From the NCBI GenBank assembly GCA_904381285.1, contig CAJFII010000006.1:5801-69800 (forward strand): a DNA stretch of 64,000 nt, given 5' to 3'. A program made the translations under genes and the position numbers. Below are positions 57,807 to 64,000 of the stretch, piece by piece (the stretch's first letter is position 1; the number at the start of each line of letters is the position of its first letter). This DNA is from an uncultured Clostridia bacterium. GTDB lineage: Bacteria; Bacillota; Clostridia; TANB77; CAG-508. The notes beneath the pieces were generated by a model. It was not told the DNA's origin. It worked only from the letters and a program-made list of their open reading frames with translations, and searched no databases.

Positions 57807-58490
57807 TTATTTATTTGTAGTTGGCATTGTTGAATACACTATTCCTGCTAATTTAGATATTGGCATAGATTGTAACCACACTGTTCCTGGACCTTTAAGT
57901 GTTGTTAGAAATAGTCCTTCTCCGCCAAATACAATATTTTTTAATCCTTTTACTACTTTGATATCTAAGTCTACTCCTTCTGTCATTGCTGCAACATATC
58001 CATTGTCAACTTCTAAAACCTCTCCGGCAGCTAATTCTTTTTTTACAACAGAACCATCTATTTCTAAAAATGCTTTACCAGGTCCAGTTAGTTTTTGCAT
58101 TATAAATCCTTCTCCTCCAAAAAATCCTGCTCCTATCTTTTTTCTAAAATGCATTGACATTTGAACCGATTTTTCTGCACATAGAAATGCTCTTTTTTGT
58201 GCAATTATTTTCTCTCCATCTCTTAAGTCAAACTCTAGAATTTTTCCCGGAAAGGCTGATGCAAATGCTATTTCCGCTTCGTCCACTTCTGATGTAAATA
58301 CATTCATAAATATTGATTCACCAGCTAATGCTCTACCTATACCTTTCATTAATCCACCATTTGTATTTGTTTTCATTTTTATTCCTTGACTCATCCAAAA
58401 CATTCCACCTGTTTCTGTATATATTTCTTCTCCCCTTTGTAGTTTGCAAACTAATACTGGTAAATTTTCTCCAATTATTTCTGTTTTCAT
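57807..58490 (-). CDS. TIGR00266/AIM24 (DUF124) family protein
   Basis: GESIFMNVF...FFGGEGFIMQKLTGPG...VFGGEGLFLTTLKGPGTVWLQSMP is characteristic of this family. Confidence 0.8.
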   Translation of the reverse strand: MKTEIIGENLPVLVCKLQRGEEIYTETGGMFWMSQGIKMKTNTNGGLMKGIGRALAGESIFMNVFTSEVDEAEIAFASAFPGKILEFDLRDGEKIIAQKRAFLCAEKSVQMSMHFRKKIGAGFFGGEGFIMQKLTGPGKAFLEIDGSVVKKELAAGEVLEVDNGYVAAMTEGVDLDIKVVKGLKNIVFGGEGLFLTTLKGPGTVWLQSMPISKLAGIVYSTMPTTNK

Positions 58491-58715
58491 TGTTATCCTC
58501 CCCTTTTCATCTTTTTCATATTATCATAATATATTAAATTTATCAATTACTTTTTTCTTTTAATAATTACTATTTGATTACAAAATAACATATACATTAC
58601 ATTACGCATTTTTTGTTTCACATTTGTTACAATTATTATTCTATTTCATTGCATTTCACCATATTATGTTTACAATTTTGTTTACTTTTTTATTTTTTTG
58701 TCTAAAAATATATTA

Positions 58716-58782
58716 TGTGGATAATGTGGATAACTTTGTGAATAACTATTTTTAGGCACTTTTAGGACACAATTTATTCACA
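58716..58782. promoter_or_regulatory. cluster of four DnaA-box-like 9-mers
   Basis: TGTGGATAA (58716-58724) and TGTGGATAA (58725-58733) are perfect complements of TTATCCACA. TGTGAATAA (58737-58745) and TTATTCACA (58774-58782) each have one mismatch. Confidence 0.65.
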
Positions 58783-58896
58783 TTGTCTGATAGTTAAATT
58801 TATATATATTTTATATTTTTTTATTTCCAATCATTATGTGTACAGTTTTATTTGACAAATCTTTATTTTGGTTACTTTATCACTGTTTTATATTAA

Positions 58897-58940
58897 AAAA
58901 AGTCTTAGAACTCATAAAACCATATAAATTCTAAGACTTT
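58897..58940. terminator. terminator after the DUF1294 gene
   Basis: AAAGTCTTAGAA...TTCTAAGACTTT stem with A/T runs on both sides. Confidence 0.7.
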
Positions 58941-58966
58941 TATTATTTTTAGTTAAATTACATACT

Positions 58967-59281
58967 TTATAAAACAACGAATACAATTATAGCTATAATT
59001 TGTAGTACAAGCAGTAATGGCATTCCTATTCTAAATTTGTTCTTTTTAGTTTTATGTCTAAAAACTTGCATTCCTATAATACTTCCTATAGTTCCACCTA
59101 AAAATGCAAATAAGAATAATGTATTTTCAGGAATTCTCCATCTTCCATATTCAGCTTTTTTCTTATCAATAAACATTGATAAAAAACCTAAAACATTTAT
59201 AACAATCAAATATATAATTATATTTCTTAATGAAAATATATCTTGTATATTTATCCCTATACCTGTAGTCTCTAAAAACAT
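58967..59281 (-). CDS. DUF1294 domain membrane protein
   Basis: DKKKAEYGRWRIPENTLFLFAFLGGTIGSIIGMQVFRHKTKK matches DUF1294. Confidence 0.8.
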   Translation of the reverse strand: MFLETTGIGINIQDIFSLRNIIIYLIVINVLGFLSMFIDKKKAEYGRWRIPENTLFLFAFLGGTIGSIIGMQVFRHKTKKNKFRIGMPLLLVLQIIAIIVFVVL

Positions 59282-59292
59282 TTTTTTCTCTC

Positions 59293-62200
59293 CTATCCAA
59301 ATAAACTCATTTGATTACTTTGGCTCATTCCTTCTAAGCATCCTGCATTTGTAAGCATTTCTATGACAGATTTTCCTGCTTTTGAACGAATTCTTAAATC
59401 ATCTATAGACATGAATTTTCCATCTTTTCTAGCTTCTATTATACTGTCTGCAGCAACAGTTCCAAGTCCTGGTATACTATTTAATGGTGGACGTATTGAA
59501 TCTTCTTCCATAATAAATTTCTTTGAATCTGATTTATATAAATCTATTGGCAAAAATTTTATACCTCTTTCATACATTTCCCAAACAATTTCCAAATCAT
59601 CATACATATCTTTATCTTTAGCTGTAGCCGCATTTCCCATTAATTCAATTTCTCTCATTTTGTTTTTTACTTTTTCTTTTCCATGGCACATAACGTCACT
59701 ATCAAATGCTTTTGCACGAATTGAAAAATATGCTGTATAATAAGCAACTGGTTTATGAACTTTAAACCATGCTATCCTAAATGCATTTGTTACATATGCT
59801 GCTGCGTGTGCCTTAGGGAACATATATTTAATTTTTTCACATGACTTTATATACCAATCTGGTACATCATGTTCTTTCATCATTTGCACATATTCAGCCC
59901 ATTTAGCTGGATCTTTTAACGCCTTTCCTTTACGAACTGTTTCCATTATTTTAAATGCTGGATTTGGCTCTAATCCCTTTTTAATTAGGTAAATCATTAT
60001 ATCGTCTCTACAACATATTGCTTCATCTAGTGTTACTGTACCTTCTTCAATTAAGCTTTGTGCATTTCCTAACCACACATCTGTACCATGTGATAATCCT
60101 GAAATACGAATAAGTTCATCAAATGTTTTAGGTTTTGTATCTACAAGCATTCCTCTAACAAATTTAGTTCCAAATTCAGGTACACCTAAACTTCCAACTT
60201 CTGAGTGTATTTGTTCTGGTGTTACCCCTAAAGCCTCTGTTGAAGAGAATATTGACATTGTTTCTTTATCATCTAATTGTATTTTTGTAGGATCTATTCC
60301 TGTTAAATCTTGTAACATTCTTATAACAGTTGGATCATCATGACCTAGTATATCTAATTTTAACAAGTTTTGATCTATTGAATGGTAATCAAAATGTGTT
60401 GTTATTATATCAGAATTTGGGTCATCTGCAGGGTGTTGTATAGGACAAAATTCATATATTTCTCTACCTTTTGGTACAACAATAATTCCTCCTGGATGTT
60501 GACCTGTTGTCCTTTTTATTCCTGTACAACCTTTAGCAATTCTTATTGCCTCAGCATTATTTATTGGAATTCCTCTTTCTTCATAATATTTTTTTACATA
60601 ACCAAATGCTGTTTTATCTGCAACAGTTCCTATTGTTCCTGCCTTAAAAGTTGTTCCCTTTCCAAATATTACTTCAGTATATCTATGTGCTTTTGCTTGA
60701 TACTCTCCTGAGAAGTTTAGGTCTATATCTGGTTCTTTGTCTCCATTAAATCCAAGGAAAGTTTCAAAAGGTATGTCCATTCCATCTTTGTCTAGTTTAT
60801 GACCACATTTTGGGCATTCTTTATCTGGTAAATCAAAGCCATTCTTAAAACCATAATCTGTAAAGTCTGAATATTTACAATTTGGGCATCTATAGTGTGC
60901 AGGAAGTGAATTAACTTCTGTTATACCTGTCATATTTGCTACAAATGACGAACCAACACTTCCTCTTGAACCAACTATATATCCATCTGCATTTGATTTC
61001 CAAACTAGTTTTTGAGCTATAATGTACATTACTGAGAAACCATTTTTTATAATTGATTGTAATTCTTTGTCTAATCTTTCTTGAACAATTTGTGGTAATG
61101 GTTCTCCATATAATTCTTTTGCTCTTGTCATTGCAATATCTTCAATTTGTTTTTCGCATCCTTCAATATGTGGAGGACATTTCTCGCTAGATATAGGACT
61201 TATCTGCTCACACATATCTGCAATTTTATTAGTATTAGTAACAACTACTTCATATGCTTTATCTAAACCTAAATATTTAAATTCCTCTATCATTTCATTT
61301 GTAGTTCTAAGATATAGTGGAGCTTGCTCGTCTGCATCATCATAGCCTTGTCCTGCCATTAAGATCCTTCTATATATTTCATCTTGTGGATCCATAAAAT
61401 GCACATCGCAAGTTGCTACAACCAGCTTACCTAATTTTTCTCCTAATTTTACTATTGTTTTATTAATATCTTGTAATGCTTCTTCATTTGGAACTGTTCC
61501 ATTTCTTACCATAAACATGTTATTTCCGATTGGTTGTATTTCTAAATAATCGTAATCTTTTGCAATCTGTTCTATTTCTTCCTCAGATTTTCCTGCTACA
61601 ATTGCTCTATATAGCTCACCTGCTTCACATGCACTACCAAGTATCAATCCCTCTGAATATTTTTTGTAAATTGATTTCAATATTCTAGGTTTTTTATAAA
61701 AATAATCTAAATGTGAAAAAGAAATTAATTTATATAAATTTTTTAAACCTACATAGTTTTTAGCAAGTATTATTGCATGATAAGTTGGTAATTTTTTAAA
61801 ATCTGCTTTTCCACTTTCTAATATATTTATATCTTCTACTGTTTTTGCACCTTTTTCTATTAACATATTTTGCATTACCTTAAATACTTTAGTTAGTGTT
61901 ATTACATCATCTAAAGCACGATGGGCAACGTCTACTTTTATACCTAAATTTTCTGCAATTATACCTAATTTATATTTTTTATAATCTGGAAATAAGTCTT
62001 TTGCAAGTCTTAATGTATCAATATATGTATTTTCTAATTTTATTCCTATTTTTTCTGCATTATATTTTATAAATCCAACATCAAAATCTGCATTGTGTGC
62101 AACAATAATTCTATCTCCTATAAAATCTAAGAACTTAGGCAATATTGTTTCTATGGTTTCTGCATCTTTTACCATATCATCTGTAATATTAGTTACTTTT

Positions 62201-63666
62201 ACGACTTCTTCTGGTATAGTTTTTTCTGGATTTACAAAACATTCAAACTCATCAATTATTTCTCCATTTTTGTATATAACCGCTCCTAATTCTGTTATTT
62301 TTTCTGTCCTAAAAGATAATCCAGTTGTTTCTATATCAAGTATACAATATTCTGTATCTATATTCTGACCTTTAGGAAAACTTACACTTGGAGTTTTGTC
62401 TGGCACTAGGTATGCTTCTACACCATATATTACTTTCATATCAGGATTATCTCTTCCTAGTAATTTATGTGCTTCTGGGAATGCTTGTACAACTCCATGA
62501 TCTGTAATTGCAATAGATTTCCAGCCCCATTTCATCGCTCTTTTTATTAAGTCTGTTGCTGAAGTCATTCCATCCATTTGACTCATTTGTGTATGCATAT
62601 GTAATTCTACTCTTTTTTCTTTTGCTAAATCTTGTCTTTCTTGCTTTTTCTTTCCTGGTGTTTCTACAATTACATTTGCAATAACTCCTATTTCTTTTGC
62701 AAATGGATCAAATTGTGCTGTTCCAGAAATTCTTAGTCCTTTTGCTGCTTGTATCCTAGATAGAACTGTTTTTGCTTTTTCCGCTTCTACAAAAGCTTTA
62801 CAAGTAATTGTACTAGTTCCATCATACAAATCAAACATTACTAAGTATTTTCCACTTTTTAGTTCTCTAGAGTCTGTATTTATAACTTCTCCTTCTAATG
62901 CAATTTTTCCACTATCTATTGATATATCTGTTACTTTTACAATAGTATCCTTTATATTTGCATTTCTTCCTAAAATTAATGGTGTTTTTTCTTCTTCTTG
63001 TTCTATTGGAGGTTCTTTTGCAGCTATGTTTTCTAAAGGAATATTTTCATTTTGTTCTTGAGCGTTCGATGTCTCTTCTGTTTTTTCTTCTTCATATGCT
63101 GATGCTTGTGCTTCACTAATTGCTTTTTCTATTTCATATTTTTCTGTCATTTTTGATTTTTGCTCTATTTTTTGTATTTCTTCTTCTTTAATTTCTTCTA
63201 CATATTTTACTTTATATGTTTTTCCATATAAAGATTTTAAAATATCTTGCAATATTTTATCAAAACCTCTTACGTTTAAAAACTCTACACCATTTACATA
63301 TATAGTGACCGTTATTACATTTTCTTGTATTTCTATTTTACTATTATGTAATAAAACTCTTACTAAAGGATATTTAACTGACATGTATTTTACAATATCT
63401 TTCCAATTGCTTTCTATACTTGGTAACTTTATATTGTAATCATATTTTGTGTCTATTTCTATATTTTCAATAAGAAATCTAGATTTTAAATATTCTTCAA
63501 ATTCTAATAGTTCTTGTATTTCTATATATTCAAGCGGTTTTAAGTCTATTTCTAGCTTATTTGTTTTTTTAAATAAATTAATTTTTTCTATTTTGCTCTT
63601 TTTTATTTTATTATCTTCTTTGTAATCTCCAAATATTTCTTCTACTGTTTTTAATTCCTCTTGCAT
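59293..63666 (-). CDS. polC: DNA polymerase III PolC-type (Gram-positive replicative polymerase with intrinsic 3'-5' exonuclease)
   Basis: 1457 aa. A split PHP domain encloses the DEDD exonuclease (ILDIETTGL, HNADFD), followed by the polymerase core. Confidence 0.97.
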   Translation of the reverse strand: MQEELKTVEEIFGDYKEDNKIKKSKIEKINLFKKTNKLEIDLKPLEYIEIQELLEFEEYLKSRFLIENIEIDTKYDYNIKLPSIESNWKDIVKYMSVKYPLVRVLLHNSKIEIQENVITVTIYVNGVEFLNVRGFDKILQDILKSLYGKTYKVKYVEEIKEEEIQKIEQKSKMTEKYEIEKAISEAQASAYEEEKTEETSNAQEQNENIPLENIAAKEPPIEQEEEKTPLILGRNANIKDTIVKVTDISIDSGKIALEGEVINTDSRELKSGKYLVMFDLYDGTSTITCKAFVEAEKAKTVLSRIQAAKGLRISGTAQFDPFAKEIGVIANVIVETPGKKKQERQDLAKEKRVELHMHTQMSQMDGMTSATDLIKRAMKWGWKSIAITDHGVVQAFPEAHKLLGRDNPDMKVIYGVEAYLVPDKTPSVSFPKGQNIDTEYCILDIETTGLSFRTEKITELGAVIYKNGEIIDEFECFVNPEKTIPEEVVKVTNITDDMVKDAETIETILPKFLDFIGDRIIVAHNADFDVGFIKYNAEKIGIKLENTYIDTLRLAKDLFPDYKKYKLGIIAENLGIKVDVAHRALDDVITLTKVFKVMQNMLIEKGAKTVEDINILESGKADFKKLPTYHAIILAKNYVGLKNLYKLISFSHLDYFYKKPRILKSIYKKYSEGLILGSACEAGELYRAIVAGKSEEEIEQIAKDYDYLEIQPIGNNMFMVRNGTVPNEEALQDINKTIVKLGEKLGKLVVATCDVHFMDPQDEIYRRILMAGQGYDDADEQAPLYLRTTNEMIEEFKYLGLDKAYEVVVTNTNKIADMCEQISPISSEKCPPHIEGCEKQIEDIAMTRAKELYGEPLPQIVQERLDKELQSIIKNGFSVMYIIAQKLVWKSNADGYIVGSRGSVGSSFVANMTGITEVNSLPAHYRCPNCKYSDFTDYGFKNGFDLPDKECPKCGHKLDKDGMDIPFETFLGFNGDKEPDIDLNFSGEYQAKAHRYTEVIFGKGTTFKAGTIGTVADKTAFGYVKKYYEERGIPINNAEAIRIAKGCTGIKRTTGQHPGGIIVVPKGREIYEFCPIQHPADDPNSDIITTHFDYHSIDQNLLKLDILGHDDPTVIRMLQDLTGIDPTKIQLDDKETMSIFSSTEALGVTPEQIHSEVGSLGVPEFGTKFVRGMLVDTKPKTFDELIRISGLSHGTDVWLGNAQSLIEEGTVTLDEAICCRDDIMIYLIKKGLEPNPAFKIMETVRKGKALKDPAKWAEYVQMMKEHDVPDWYIKSCEKIKYMFPKAHAAAYVTNAFRIAWFKVHKPVAYYTAYFSIRAKAFDSDVMCHGKEKVKNKMREIELMGNAATAKDKDMYDDLEIVWEMYERGIKFLPIDLYKSDSKKFIMEEDSIRPPLNSIPGLGTVAADSIIEARKDGKFMSIDDLRIRSKAGKSVIEMLTNAGCLEGMSQSNQMSLFG

Positions 63667-63751
63667 TTAAAATGCCTCCCTTTTTATAGAAAATATTTTA
63701 TCATATGTTGTAGAATTTTAGAATATAAAAATATATTTTTTATTTAAATTT

Positions 63752-63788
63752 TTAACCAGAGTAGACAAAACTATCTACTCTGGTTTAC
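63752..63788. other. stem-loop between tRNA-Ser and polC
   Basis: AACCAGAGTAGA / TCTACTCTGGTT 12-bp stem with no clear U-tract on the minus strand. It may terminate or process the tRNA transcript. Confidence 0.4.
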
Positions 63789-63791
63789 TTT

Positions 63792-63882
63792 TGGCGGAGT
63801 GGGTGGGATTCGAACCCACGGGCCCTATAAAGGACTACTACAGTTCCAGTGTAGCTCGTTATGACCACTTCGATACCACTCC
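63792..63882 (-). tRNA. tRNA-Ser (anticodon GGA), CCA encoded
   Basis: Manual fold: acceptor stem GGAGTGG/CCACTCC, anticodon stem CTACA/TGTAG with loop CTGGAAC, long variable arm, T arm GTGGG-TTCGAAT-CCCAC, discriminator G, then CCA. Confidence 0.9.
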
Positions 63883-64000
63883 ATTTAATTTTCCATTATT
63901 ATCACCTATTTATTTCTTTTTATATATTCTTGTATAAACTTTTTAGCCGGTGAATATATCTGCTCTGGCAAATTATTTATATCAAACCATTTCCATTCAC

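Noticed and set aside
58491-58966. DnaA-box cluster considered as the chromosomal origin (oriC)
   Set aside because: Genes on both sides (TIGR00266-family gene, DUF1294 gene, polC) are all on the minus strand, so there is no leading-strand orientation switch. No dnaA or dnaN gene is adjacent. It is more likely a secondary DnaA-box cluster or a regulatory site.
4428-62368. Dozens of 60- to 185-aa plus-strand ORFs nested inside minus-strand genes (e.g. 5237-5620, 7517-7906, 15704-16075, 43182-43679, 52904-53458, 59363-59740)
   Set aside because: They lie antisense to genes with unambiguous conserved motifs, are rich in Leu/Phe/Ile/Ser as expected for the reverse frame of AT-rich coding DNA, and have no Shine-Dalgarno sequences.
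1-64000. Prophage, IS element, integron or CRISPR-Cas content
   Set aside because: I recognised no integrase, transposase, recombinase, capsid, terminase or cas-like protein in any frame. The only mobile-element-like signal is the short palindromic repeat family reported above.

Overview
Visibly AT-rich chromosomal segment. It looks like a low-GC Firmicute, probably Clostridia-like, because it carries a PolC-type replicase and the miaB-mutS and rfb gene contexts; this taxonomic call is inference. About 55 protein genes are present and almost all lie on the minus strand.

Housekeeping genes recognised from motifs: murD, a CMP-kinase-like gene, uvrA, cysE, asnB, ogt, an acyl-CoA ligase, mutS, miaB, nadD, tmk, metG, glmM, argS, pfkA and polC, plus tRNA-Ser(GGA) at the right end.

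A long cell-wall/capsule polysaccharide region spans about 28.5-53.4 kb. It contains LCP ligases, a Wzz/BY-kinase-like fusion, rfbBCAD, two VanZ genes, a Wzx flippase, a radical SAM enzyme, a GT2-pyruvyltransferase fusion, glf, several glycosyltransferases, a Wzy-like polymerase, a priming sugar transferase, a GT-C enzyme and a 1077-aa secreted repeat protein.

Best candidate for an uncharacterised system: an isolated, terminator-flanked, translationally coupled plus-strand pair at 1.6-4.3 kb, consisting of a HerA/FtsK-type P-loop ATPase and a cysteine-rich protein.

Other observations:
- mutS and the GT2-pyruvyltransferase gene each carry a single-base frameshift in a CCG context.
- A near-identical 29-nt palindromic element occurs at two gene 3' ends, and related arms bracket a small ORF.
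- A roughly 300-nt structured leader with a terminator lies upstream of asnB.
- An XRE-family regulator sits next to an unannotated 44-aa hydrophobic peptide ORF.
- A coiled-coil protein is built from 12-bp and 42-bp in-frame tandem arrays.
- A cluster of DnaA boxes lies in a 475-bp non-coding gap.

No rRNA, CRISPR array, transposase or integrase was recognised. All family assignments come from motif recognition by eye; no searches were run.
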